From contig CM102284.1 in the NCBI GenBank assembly GCA_046563655.1, forward strand, positions 1,798,001 to 1,862,000: a DNA stretch of 64,000 bases, in the 5' to 3' direction. A program made the translations under genes and the position numbers. Source of the stretch: Yuukianura sp. NJ FZ-2021. Taxonomy: Eukaryota. The notes under the pieces are model-generated. The model did not search any database. It was not told where the DNA came from and saw only the letters and a list, made by a program, of their open reading frames with translations. Positions 13,679 to 26,129 of the stretch are shown here, one piece after another; positions within the stretch are counted from its first letter, which is position 1, and each line of letters begins with the position of its first letter.

Positions 13679-14149
13679 TTTGCAAATGTTGTTACAAGCT
13701 TTTGACTTTGGTTGGTTCACTTGAAGCCTCTTATATTTAACTCCTTTTTTTAAACACTTTTTACTGCATTTTTTCCGGCTCATTTGAATATAATGAATGA
13801 AGGAACCTGGGATTTTAGGTGCGGCAAATGTTCCAAAATGTCCACAACAATATTTTATTTTGGTATATTTTCTTTAGAAAAAAGAAAAACTGGGTCGTGG
13901 TATAATTTAAAATAATACCATACCACACAAATTATTGGTGGAATTAGAGTTTTGACCAAAAGATTTTCGGCACAAATTAACCTAATTATTCACACCGCGT
14001 GAAATTAATGTCGCGCGTGCATTACACTTTGAAATTTATTTTCTAATTTAAAATGATTTTGATTTCAATAAAACTCTTCTTAATTGCTTGCCTGGCTTTC
14101 GAAAAGTATTTCAACCACATTTATTTATTTTTTCAAAGTCGAACTGAAA

Positions 14150-14970
14150 TTATGATAAAAGTGGTGATGGACATGGTCTATAGACATAGCCCAGGAGGTC
14201 ACCCTTGACCCAGCCCAAGTTTTCCAATGCCATGATGTTGTAGTCCAAAGCCAATCGTTGGATACGGTCTTTGTGGAAAGCGTAGAGTCCGAAAGTTCCT
14301 TCTTTTGGTTCTGCAAAGATGTACGTTTCGACGTAGTTGGCATCAGTGTATGGTTGCCATCCATCAGTTAGATGTTTTGTTGAAAACCGATTGTTTCTAT
14401 TGTATTTCATGTATCTCATTAAGGGAACTGTTCCATTAATTTGTGATTTCGCAACTCGAGCCAGTTCTCCCAAATGCCAAAACCCATACGGTGCAGCCGC
14501 TGTAGCAAAAAGTTGGAACTTTAGTAATTTAGTTTTTTTCGAACGAACAGCTATGGAAATGGTGCGGCGTCTTTTACGCCACGGCTTTACTAACCAAAGC
14601 TGGGCGAATTAAACCCATTAAAACGTTTTCCAATTTTCGGTGCAAGGAATTTTTTTGAAAAAAAAAATGTTTAAATAAATGGTATTTGAAGGATCCGAAG
14701 ATTTCACATAATCGTAAGTAGATGAAACTTACCATTCTCCGACCAGACTGAAGTGTAGTGAAAGTCAGAATTATCCATTCGCACAAACTCCCGCAGCGGA
14801 ACAAACCGCGAATCACGGCAGACGTCAAAAGTAAAATCCGGATTTGTTTTTACGCTTTCGGACTTTTCTGGGCAAATAACAGAAAAATCTAAATCTGATG
14901 GTGACAAAGCTAAGCTAGCATTGTCTCCACTGCTGCTGACAATGGACAATACTATTAGAAATGTCGACAT
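14150..14970 (-). CDS. DUF5648-like repeat protein, copy 2 (2 exons)
   Basis: Clear paralog of 12919-13678: FDVCRDSRFVPLREF, GELARVAKSQINGTVPLMRY, GWVKGDLLGYVYRPCPS. Confidence 0.55.
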
Positions 14971-15058
14971 TTTGGAAACTAGCTCAACTTCTGAACTGGT
15001 TGTATGTTTAAATAACTTTTTAAAGCCTGGACTAATATACACAGAAAATGATCATCTA

Positions 15059-15468
15059 CAGAGGCTTTTTTAAGTACTGTCCCAAGGTCATGCCTATAGC
15101 GCTAAGTTAAGGTAGCCACCTTTTGGGAAAAAACTCAACTTCTCTTTTCCCTCCACGAATTGCGCGGTTCTTTTGCTAACCAACTAATAACAGATCCCAA
15201 ATTAAGCAGAAAACCAAAGTTTAAAACTATCAATTGAAAATTGAAACTAACTTGTGATTGTATAAATCTTAATTACTATTAATTACATCTGAGTTGTCAA
15301 CCGAATTCTTTTAAATTTTAATCCTTTATTTTAAATCCCATGAATTTAAATCCTTTCTATGCCTTGTTTTTGCGCAAAACTCGCGGGGGAGGAGTAAAGT
15401 TTGATAAAACTCAGAAGAGTCACGCTCAACATTGTTGAGACAATAGGCAGTACTTAAAAAAGCCTCTG
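15059..15468. mobile_element. MITE, non-autonomous Tc1/mariner-type, 410 bp
   Basis: Perfect 21-bp terminal inverted repeats CAGAGGCTTTTTTAAGTACTG / CAGTACTTAAAAAAGCCTCTG, TA on both flanks, no ORF inside. Confidence 0.8.
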
Positions 15469-16293
15469 TATAACAATTTGATGAAATTTTTTTTGAAAGT
15501 AGGGCATGGTGGAATTAAAAATTTGAATTTATTGATCTAAATTAGAGATCTCTATGGTCAAAGACATTCAAGCTTAACTGGACATGATTGAAATAAAACC
15601 AACGCCTGCTGATAATTCGCTTAACTTTAAAAAAAATGAACCAAATTCCGAAAATATTCCCTCGAAAATTAACAGGAAAACAGACATTGAACTATTGAAA
15701 CAGGTTGATGTTGTTCACTCGATCACGTCGCAGTTGAAAGCAACCAAAGTAGCAAAACATATTTAATTTTTAAAGACTCCAAAGACGAGAATTTCAAAAT
15801 TCCCAAAAGATTTCAAAACAAAAATGTGATTCAAGGAATATTTTTGCCATCACATTGCAAATATGTCTATCATGACCATGATTTATATTTTAAGAACAAA
15901 AGAAAAAGCAAAAGAAAATTGAGCAAAAGATTCTTAAAAACGTCGATGAGAATTTGGCAATTCAGAAAAAAGTAAGAGTATGTCAAAATTCATTTGACAT
16001 GCTCGAACGGACCGTAGCATGACAAACCTAATTTTATTTTGTGCAGGACATATCCGCTCAATGTTTTGCCTTTAAATGGGCAAAATTCAAACAATTATTG
16101 TTGTATTCAAGTTGTCCCAGGGTATTTTATACATACTATAGTTATGTATATACCACAAAATTACTGCATAATAAGCAACTAAAACAAACGTGTTAATCTA
16201 AAACGTTTTCGTCATGCAATTTCTTTTTAACTGCTTCCAGTTGACTAAAACAAACGAAACAGTCTGTTACCTTAGAACCTTTTGAAATTTGAA

Positions 16294-18784
16294 ATGTCAC
16301 TTGCAGTGATGTACCTATGGGCCCTGTCTACTGTACTAACTGTATATGCCGAAGCACCGCTTGGAATTGATACCACAATAGACATTTTGGATTCAGGTTT
16401 GAACTTGAAAAGTTACGGTAACATTCCGTCTCCTGTATCTATTTTCACAAATCTAGGCTACCCAGTTACCTCAAACCCAATAAATGAAGATGTTACAGTA
16501 CGACCCCTGCAATTGCTCAAATTTTGGTCATTTTTAAAACTCCGTTGCTACGTAATATTGGACATTTACCCACCGACTGCAGTCCACGTTAAACTCAATC
16601 ACGATTCGTACAACGGCATGGTGTCATGTTTCCGTCGAGAAAGGTACCCTAAGACCTGCTACGGTCGGTACACTTACTACATAATAGTCTTACGACCCGG
16701 TACAACCGACGGATTCAAACTCCACGAAGATGCATGGTTCTACAACAACATACCGAGATATACGTATGAACAGGTTAGTCAAAATACGTCTCAGGTTACA
16801 GTTCATATGGAGAGTGGGAGAAGATACAAATTGTCTCATACTGGAGGTCAACGATCTTTGTCTAAAATATTTCTGGATAATTTCTATGGCCAACTTATTC
16901 GGGACATATGGCCTATGCAATGGCTACTTCAAGGACGCTATGTTGGTTTATTTGAATTTGATGATGTACGTAGAGGTACGCTTCGTGGAAAACCACTCAA
17001 ACCGTATTCCGAGATGTATGTTATATGGCATGTGGTTAGACCAACGACGATTTCAATGTATGTCAACTTCACTACAGCTGAGCTAAGCCAGGAAAAAGGT
17101 ATCCGTGTCATAGAGGTTGTAGTTCAACCTGATTTTCCGTTTGCCAATTCACATCGCGGGTTATTAATTCAACAAGAGCAGGACACATACGTTTTCATTA
17201 CCAAAAACGTGTGGTATAACTTTATCACTTGCGATGGAATGTCGTCTTACCTCGACATTGCTTACCTTTCTTCACCCTACGAAATGCGTGTCTGGATTGC
17301 AGCAATCGTTTGCTTCATTATTGCAACGGCCTTCATTTCTAAACTTTTTCGATATTTCAAAATTAAGGATAGCGCGGTTTTCGTTGTTGCGAGAATTATT
17401 GCGGAGCAGGGCATCGGAACGTCGGAAAACACGATGAAAACTACCGGATTCAAAGCAGTGGTGGGAACAGTGATTTTCGTATCTTTAGTTTTGATAAACT
17501 CGTACAGAGGGCGTGTCACTTCAAATTTGACAGCTCCCACTCCAGCCACTGGACTCCAAAAGATTAGGGAAGCAGTCAATCAAAACTATACATTCCTGCA
17601 TCCACTGGACTTGGACAATGAATTCGTTAAATACTACCTTAAGGGTAAGTCGTGATTATTATGGTGTTCCCATTGTTACTATGCTGTTCTCACGTTGCCC
17701 CAGTAGGTCCGCACCTCGGCTACACTCGTTTTAGAGTTGTCTTGCGTGAAAAAGAACCGGCGGCGGAGAAAATAAAATATACATACATCGCACACAGGGA
17801 AAAAGGAGCCCAAACTGAGACAAGGAATCCCATTTAAACACATGTAAAATCTTGTCTCACTTTGAGCTCCTATTTCCCTATGTGCATCGCTGGTTGGGTA
17901 GAATCACAAACGGACATGCGGAAGGATGTCAACTTTCACTGGCCGCCTTCCCTTCTCACATTTATTAAATTACCAACTTGGCATAGATATATATTGTATA
18001 CCAAGTTGGTTTTGAAATGTATTATAAGTTGATTTTCTTTCTAATAGAAGTTAACGGTACTGACTTCCTGGTCCACTTTGTGCCCGAGAGTCTACAAAGC
18101 GCATGCGAACAATTTTCAGCAGATGGTGACTTTTTGATTGCTATAAAAGATGAAATGGAGTACAATTACAATAGCAGTGGATTCACCATACCGCAGGACA
18201 ACTTTCCACCAACCAAATGCCTTGTAACATCAGTCAAGCAACCGCATTTGAACAACTTAAGCATTTCGCTAGAGCCTGAATTTTTAAAATGCGACAAAAC
18301 TTTACTAGCGAGCACTCCGCAAAAACTGGATTACTGGTTTGCAAGGATGACAAACAAAGCGTCAGAGTCGACTCGAAAGCTTTACTATGGCAAAGATAAA
18401 TTTCATGATGAAAATAGAGCGTTTAGTATACAAAGAACGGAGTGGGACAGGCTGATGGTTCTGCACTATAGGTTTCAGTCAATGTTAAATTCTGGTCTTT
18501 TTGCTAAAAGTGCAGAGTTTGACGGAATGGCAGCAAAAATTCAAAGTCAAAAAGCACTTTTCCAAATCCAGAAAACCGGACCTCTATCGATAAGCATTAA
18601 TAGCAACTTGTTTCTGTCAACGTTAACAGCATTTGGGTTCTGTAGTATCATTTGTACAATGGCATTTAGTATAGAAACGTGGCAAGACGTTATGCACGTA
18701 TTGCATAATATTTCGGTGAAAGTTCTTTTAATTACAAATACATACTATACATTATTATTTCGATATCTCCAATTACATCGTTAA
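16294..18784 (+). CDS. Divergent IR-like protein, copy D; intron 17645-18047
   Basis: Paralog of copies A-C with an in-frame 18-bp deletion (KFPNCQ) near the N-terminus. Confidence 0.7.
17790..17885. repeat. 35-bp-arm inverted repeat inside the copy D intron
   Basis: gcacacagggaaaaaggagcccaaactgagacaag versus the reverse complement of cttgtctcactttgagctcctatttccctatgtgc: 4 mismatches in 35 bp. Confidence 0.7.
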
Positions 18785-19241
18785 CAGTTAAACCTTGCGT
18801 ATATCTATGTGTTGCTACATTTGAAGCCGTTTATATTTAACTTCTTTTTTTTTAATAATTTGTGTCGCATTCTTTCAGTTCATACTTATCACAGTAATGA
18901 AGTGAATGTAGGTCACACACTTATTCAAAATTCACCACAACAAAATTTGGTTTAGGAAGATTTTTTTTATAAAAAAAAAAATAGGTCGTGGCATCATTTA
19001 AGCCTGCAATACCGCAAAAATTATTAATGGAATTAAAGTTTTAGCCAAAACATTTTTAAACACAACTTAACCTACTTATTCCTCCAAGTAAAATTAATGT
19101 CGCATGTGAATCATATTTTGACAATTACTGCCTTCTTTTAGAGGATTTTAATTTGAAGTATTGATAAGACTATTAAATTTGCGGGGCTTGCAGTTAAAAA
19201 GTGTGTTAATTAAGATTTTTTTTCCAAAGTTGAAATGAAAA

Positions 19242-20074
19242 TTATGACACCCCTAAAAGTGGCGACGGACATGGTCTAAAGGCATAGCCCAGGAGATCGT
19301 CCTTGACCCAGCCCATATTTTCCAATGGTTTGATGTTGTAGTCCAAAGCCAATCGTTGGATATGTCCTCTGTGGAAAGCGTACAGTCCAAAAGTTCCTTC
19401 TTTTGGTTCTGAAAAGATGTACGTTTGGACGTAGTCCCGATTTGTTTTTGGTGGCCATTCAGCAGTTAGATGTTTGGTTGAAAACCGATTGTTTTTGCCA
19501 TTGTGGTACCTTAAGAGGGCAACTGTCCCATTAATTGGTGATTTTGCAACTCGAGCCAGTTCTCCCAAATGAGAGTATGTATAATATGCTAATAAAAAAG
19601 TCCAAATTTTAGTAATTAATAATAGTTAATTAATAATTTAATTCATTAATTAATAATTAAGTAGTAGCAAACTAAAGCTCTACGAACGCCCATGAAAATG
19701 AATTGATAGTCCAAGGAGTTTTTTTTTCGAAAACGGTTGAAAAATTTTAAAAAATAGGATTTAGTAATCCAATAATTTTATAGAATCATTGAAAATCATA
19801 TAAGTAGTAGATGAAACTTACAACCTTGCGGCGTCCAGACTGAGGTGTAGTAAAAATCAGGTGGAGGCGATGGAATGGTGCTCACAAACTCCCGTAACGG
19901 AACAAACCGCGAATCAGAGCACACGTCAAAAGTAAAATCCCGGTTTGTTTCTGCACTTTCGCACTTTTCGGGGCAAATAGTAGAAGAAAAGTCTAGTTTT
20001 TGTTCTGGTAAAGCTAAACTAACATTGTCCCCACCGCCGCTGGCAATGGACAATACTATTATAACCATCGACAT
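19242..20074 (-). CDS. DUF5648-like repeat protein, copy 3 (2 exons)
   Basis: Paralog of copies 1 and 2 (FDVCSDSRFVPLREF, GELARVAKSPINGT, GWVKDDLLGYAFRPCPS). Its flanks resemble those of copy 2. Confidence 0.55.
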
Positions 20075-20137
20075 TTTGGAAATGTACTGAACTGCTGAGC
20101 AGATCGCGTGTTTAAATAACTTTTTAAAGTCTGCAAT

Positions 20138-20200
20138 AATATACGCAGTAAAAAAAACACCACCTAAAAAAAACCGGTGGTGTTTTTTTACTGCATATAT
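20138..20200. repeat. Hairpin upstream of DUF5648-like copy 3
   Basis: atatacgcagtaaaaaaaacaccacc ... ggtggtgtttttttactgcatatat. Confidence 0.6.
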
Positions 20201-20535
20201 TTTACAAATTTATAAAGCAGAATATACAAAAGTAGCGAAGGATGGTGCTGCATTTGCAAACTCGCGTTAGTCATTAGGGTAATCCATGATGAAATTCGCT
20301 TATGCACTATGGCTGTAAACGGTGAAATGAAAAAATTGAACACATACCATGATTTTTGGCAGTTTTTGGTTTGTCAAAAGGTTTCTCCACAAAAGATTTA
20401 TGAAATTAATGTGTAAGGAAAATAGGTAACGGTGTGATTAAAAATTCAAATTTATTGTGCTAAGTTAACTAGTATTCAATATTTATCTTTAATAAGCCAC
20501 AATACCTGCAATATGTCGACCAACACCTTTACAAT

Positions 20536-22197
20536 TTATAACAGACGATACCGAAAAATCAAAAAGTTGACGAACAAAATCGCATAAAGTTGAAGAGGAA
20601 TCGTGCTGGTTTTGGCGCCATTTTTTCCACCTGAACTTTGTGTCTCCGTGCTACTTTCTTCGCTTACTTGTTCTAAACCATGTACGAGACGGTCCACCAT
20701 TCTGTTTATAGCGGCAATTTGTGGACCTCTTTTTGTCTCTGTAAAAAATCATTTGAATTGGATTAAATTGAAACCAACATTTGATTAAATTATTCTTGAA
20801 TTGGAAAATTCAGAATCAAATTATACATTTTGTCTAAGAAAAACATGTAATTTGATTAAAATATCACAAAATAATTGTAATTTATTTGAAAAACGTACCG
20901 TAATAGTCCCCTGTGAATCCTTCGTAGTCCCAGCATCCACGAGGATTAAGTTCTGGAATGCTGATTGTTTGTGGAAACAGCATTACAATGTTGTTGGCTT
21001 CAGCTACTTCCAGAAATCCAGATTTTTCAGTAAAAGTGCTATTGAGTTTCTCCCGTTGCGAGTTGCACCCGTGCAGAAAAATATGCAGAAGGCATTTATT
21101 TTCCTGAGCTCCGATGCAATTTGTTGGTATGTAAAGGAAGCCTGTTTCGTCTAATCCGATTTCATCTGATTTGAATTTCCCGAAAAATTCTGATTGGTCG
21201 AACAGTCGAAGTGGTTGTAGAGTAATGTTAGGCTCAGGAAGAGTAATTGATGGGCCAATTAAATGCGTGAGAGATTCGTAACTTCCGGAGTAATTGCAAT
21301 TTCCTAAGAATGGAAACTCTGCATTCGATGCCGGTGTTGTGCAAGGCTGAGACACTGAATTAGTTGGCTACAAAAAAAGGAATTCAAAAAAAAATTGTTT
21401 TTTATATTTGCAAATGTAATTTTTAAAACTTTCAAAATGTTATTCATACCAGAAGATGATAAGCCGACTGCAACTTGGTGTAGATTCTTTCTGGGGAAGA
21501 AATGAAATTTTGATAGAATGTGATAATTCCGAGCCTTGCGGCTAAATTTAAATTTAAAAAAAAATATAAAAAATTTCAAAATTTTTATGAAACAGAATTG
21601 TTATTTTTTTGAATTCTTTACATAATCCAGGCCTGTTTTCATCTAGAATTCCAAACCAGAAGAAAATGTTATGATTTTGAAGATTGGACAGGGAGTCGAT
21701 CAATCCGCGGTTTTCATAATTCACGGCATCTGAAATTCCATCATCTGCAGTTCTGCTTCCATCGAAGCAAAAACTCTTGTTCTTAGTGTCTCCAGTACAA
21801 CTGTAGAAAACTATTAAAACACATTTTCAAAGTTTTCCAAATTTTTATGTTTAGAAAATTTGAAAATATTTGGGTTTTGTAAGTTTCTCACCACTGGAAA
21901 ATAATCCAACACCGTCAAACCGCCGTGAACTGCTTATATGAAGCTGCTGTGCCATCGTCGCTCCAGATGAAAATCCCGATACAGTCATCGGATGTAACTC
22001 AATGTTCAGCTTTTCTGAAAAGTTGCATGAATTTTTTTTTTAAATTCAGAAATTTTCGAGAAAATTAATTTTAAAAAATCAACTGCAGAAAAAGACTCAC
22101 CTAGTTTTTCTACATTTTCAACCTCTAACAGATGGACGGTCTTTACCACAAAAACTAATAAAGACAATATTACCAAATGATTTTCAATTTTGAACAT
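20536..22197 (-). CDS. Poly(3-hydroxybutyrate) depolymerase-like serine esterase, secreted, probable GPI anchor (about 6 exons)
   Basis: Signal peptide; MTVSGFSSGATMAQQLH (nucleophile elbow); LIDSLSNL..FWFGILDE (Asp); SAYHLL|PTN (His); CLLHIFLHGC; AEANNIVMLFPQ; NPRGCWDY; TKRGPQIAAINRMVDRL; Ser/Thr linker plus hydrophobic C-terminal tail. Confidence 0.8.
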
Positions 22198-24200
22198 TTT
22201 TGGTCTACAAATTTTTAAATTTTCCAGTTTAAAAATTTTATGTGGATCAGTTAAAACTGTACTTCAACTGACATTGATTCAAAAATGAAAAAAAAAATTG
22301 AAAGTTCTTCCTCATGTAACCTAACCAGAGAAGCATCTGTCAGCATAATTTTCTTTTGTTAGCTTATCAAGAGGCTATGAGTTTCCGAAAATTCAATTCC
22401 CAATGTCAAATCCTTCGAATCCAAATTTCATTTTTTTCAATGCAAAGTCACAACTTGAGCTTTTTACTTATGGTCCATAGCGTATATAGAAACATATATG
22501 ATGAGTGACATACATATCTTTGCAAATATAACTGGAAATATCAAACCATAAAGCCAACCATAATGTATTCCTGTCTTTTGCCAAATACACACGAAAAGTT
22601 CATGTTACTTTTAGCAAATGAGTCACTTTTTCGGCCGATTTTGTTTTAAACACCAAGAGTTTCACCTTTGACCTGACTCCTGACTCGAATTTTTGAGCCA
22701 ATTGTGTTCTCCAGGCTTCGTGCTAACAAAATAGCAACTTTGCACCATTTTTTACCATATCATTTTGTTCAAGCTTCGCTTTTTACAATAAAATGACTAT
22801 AGCGGCAGATTCGATCCATTTTCAGTCTGTTTGTATTACTGGCAAAATTTATTTTGCTTTTAAATTCAAACCATTACATTTTTGAACTTAAAATTTAAAA
22901 AGTCAAATTTAATACTCTAGAAATGCCGATGGATTTGCTTCTTCTGCATTCCAGAATTCCAGAAACTCCAGGAGCTTAATCTGAATCTTCCGAGCAACTG
23001 GAACATTCTTCAGCGTTTTTGAGCCTTCGGACTTTCCCTTTCAGCAACCTAATTTTAAGCTTCTGCGCTGCAAGCTTGGCAAGAAGCTGTTCTGCTTCCG
23101 TAGTATGAGCAACCTTCAACTGCTCCAGTTCGTGTCCCAAAGTGTGAATTGCCTGGTTGGTAGCCTCCATTTCAAAATGATTTTTTTGAAAAGTGAAAAT
23201 TTCAAAAAATGGGTTAGATTTTGAAACAGGAGTAGGAACTTGTGTGTTATGGATGCAGTACTCAGGTGATGGTTTTATAAGGACGTTATTTGCAAGGCTA
23301 CGAGCTTATCTAAGATTAAAATTATCGTCACTTCCTGCGTACCTTGAGCTTAATTGAAAATTTGTCATTTCGGAATGACAAAGTCACGGTGATAATAAGT
23401 ATTTTTGCTTCCTCTGATTTCATTCTCCGCACTTAACTCTTTTCCTGTTGATTTTTCAGTTTTAAAAACTAATCGGAAACAAGGTCACCGATTTCAGGAA
23501 AAATGACTCTGTGCATCACTATCAGTTGCTCAATAAAAGTTTAGCAAAATGGAAAAAATTAAATTTAAATATTAAGTTGGATTAATTTTTTTCAATTTTT
23601 GTTTCGTTCCGAACTTTTAACACTGCGATTAACTTAAGCTTTTAATAAAAAAACGCGTGAGCTTTACCGACATTTACAAACACCGTGTTTGAAATAATTT
23701 CCGTTTCATAACATGAAATTTATCTTTATTAGTTAAAATCTTTCAATACTCTTCCAAAAACTCTTTTTTTGAAAAAAAAATTCTGATTTTGAATTTTCCA
23801 TTTAGGCGATCAATTGCATAATCTTCAGGAATTACAAATGTCTAAATTAGCGAGAAAATTTTTCGAAATTTGTTGTTTGTTTTTTAAATTTTTGAAAAAT
23901 TACACCCTCCCCCACCCATCTCCTCTGCCCCTTTGCCCTACAATCGGAAAACACAATATGACGTCACGAGTGAGTAGAGGCTGGAGGTCTTGCGGGTGTT
24001 GTGAGTCTGTTACCCGGGCATTAAGGAATATCGATTATCCGAAATTGCTTTACTTTCTCCCGCAGTTTCAAGGTCGATCACTCCTCAACACTTTCTTCGT
24101 CTTCTACAACTACAATTTCCAATTTTTATGAAACCAAATTAATCTTCAACGTGCACCACTGTGTGACCTTATAACATCTTTCAGTAAGATTGAGTAGGTC

Positions 24201-25239
24201 ATGGAACCTCCTGACCTCATCGCAAATCAGTTCAGATACAGGAAGGCTGTCAGATGCATTGCAATTACTGATATTGTAAGTCGATTTATAAAAAATTTGG
24301 AATTTATAAAAACTCCAATTCAAAAAATTCTTTTTAATTTTTGGCTATTCTTAGTGCATTGCCCTGTTTATGCTGGCTTTCTTTGGACTTCGAATTTTCG
24401 CGGGCAGTCCATATGTTAACAACTCGCAACAGGAAGTCCATCCACTCCGAACTTCACAACAGTCCAATAATAATGCTACGACATACATTCTGTCTAACTC
24501 GGATCCTGGTAAGGTCAAGGTCATCTTGGCCTATGACCTCTGATAAAAAAAAATTCAAAAATTTTTGTAAAGTTTAAAAAAAACTCGAAATTTTGAAAAT
24601 GCAGTTCCGAACATCTTCATTCTAATCTGCCTGTGCATCTTCTCGGTGTATTCAATCCAGCTCATCATGGGGCAGGTCCTCCTTAGCGCCACCTACCACG
24701 TCAGTTTCTCAATTTTCAAAACCTTTTGGAAATCAAGTTTTTAATTTTTGAAATTTTGAAATTGTCTGTTTTAGAATGACAAGGACATTGTTTTGGCGAG
24801 ATGCTCACGCTGGTACTGGACGTCTCAATTTCTAAATGTGATGCAAGGCATGGAGTTGTTTCTGCTCGTGTTTTCAACTCGTGGCGGCACTCCAGCGGCT
24901 CTGGGTATTCTCGTAATGAAAATCATTTTTCGCGCCATTGCAAGTCACATGGTCAAAGTATTCATGTGGGACTTGCGCACTCCGCAGCAACTGAGCGTCT
25001 TTCCCCTCCCCATTTTGCCCATGCCCAGTTCCAACTTGATGCGGGCTACAAGTAGGATGAGGATGCCCAGGCAGATGGGGGAGGGGGAGTGTCCCCCGAG
25101 GGGGGAAGAGGGGAGGGAAGTGGGTGGTGGGGGGTTCGGAAATTTGTCTGCAGCCATCCCTATGTACGAACCACCACCGTCTTATGCAGAAGCTGTTCGT
25201 GAGAAAAACTTTCCACAGGACTACAATCAAGTTGCTTAG
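24201..25239 (+). CDS. Four-TM membrane protein with C-terminal PPxY motif (4 exons)
   Basis: Exons join in frame via GT-AG: ..VRCIAITDI|CIALFMLAFFG..|VPNIFILICLCIFSVYSIQLIMG..|NDKD..WYWTSQ..GILVMKIIFRA..EPPPSYAEAV. Start codon uncertain. Confidence 0.6.
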
Positions 25240-26129
25240 ATACAAAAACAAGTCACGATTTTAAAAAAAAACCGCGAGCGTTTAATTAGCAATAACCACT
25301 GTGGCTATTTAAAAAAAAATTAAAGTGTACATTCCATTAATCTTGCAAACTTCAAAGCACAATCGATAAAGTTCTACATAAAATTATAAATGCACAAAAT
25401 TGAACATTTTTTGAAAAAAAAGTTTAGATATTTTAGCCCAAATTTTGTTTTTACAAAACCAAAATCTCTTCACAGCGTGATGTGACTGTGAAGTCCTCGG
25501 AATAAAATTTTCAAAAGAAAATGAAAATTACGAACATCAGAGGAAATCCAGTACATTATGTTAAAGATTGAAACTAATTTCAAAATGGTTTCATTTTGCA
25601 CTAAAATGCATTCCATTTCCAACCAAAATTTAACCTTGGTAATCTATTTAGCTTAACTTTTAATGTTACCATATAAACTCAGCCTTATCAATCGCATACG
25701 CGTGTCAGTGAAAAACAAAAAAGTCAATTAAAATTTATTCTAAAATTACCTACTTTTTTAGTGTAGAAATTTCGAAATTTACTTTTGTGTTTTCCTTATC
25801 CAAGGAGAAACTGTAGTAGATAGGGTGCATCCGGATCCTTGTACACCACAAATAGATTAGTTGCTTAGATAAGGAAAAAACATGCTAAATTATCACCTCA
25901 ATACGACGTTTGTGATGTCAATAGAGTAAACGACAAACTATTTCGAAATAAAAGTTACATGCGCAGTTATGTTTTCAATTGTGTTGTAAAAGTGCTGAAA
26001 ATAACCAGATAAAAAAGTTATTCATTTCAAAAATGGTGCCATTTTCTGAAATCTGTGGAAATTTTTTGCTAAAAATGGAAATTCTTAGAAATTTTCGTAA
26101 ATAAGTACAAGAAAAAAAAAGTTTTTGCC

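Noticed and set aside
4830-17579. Recurrent antisense and alternate-frame ORFs in the IR genes (e.g. MTASLIFWSPVAGVG...)
   Set aside because: They recur only because the sense genes are paralogous.
22976-23170. 64-aa coiled-coil-like ORF with an upstream TATA-like sequence
   Set aside because: Plausibly a small gene, but too short and featureless to support a call.
23814-24131. ORF upstream of the four-TM gene
   Set aside because: It ends in a stop with no clear in-frame splice to the downstream exons; more likely 5' UTR or a uORF.
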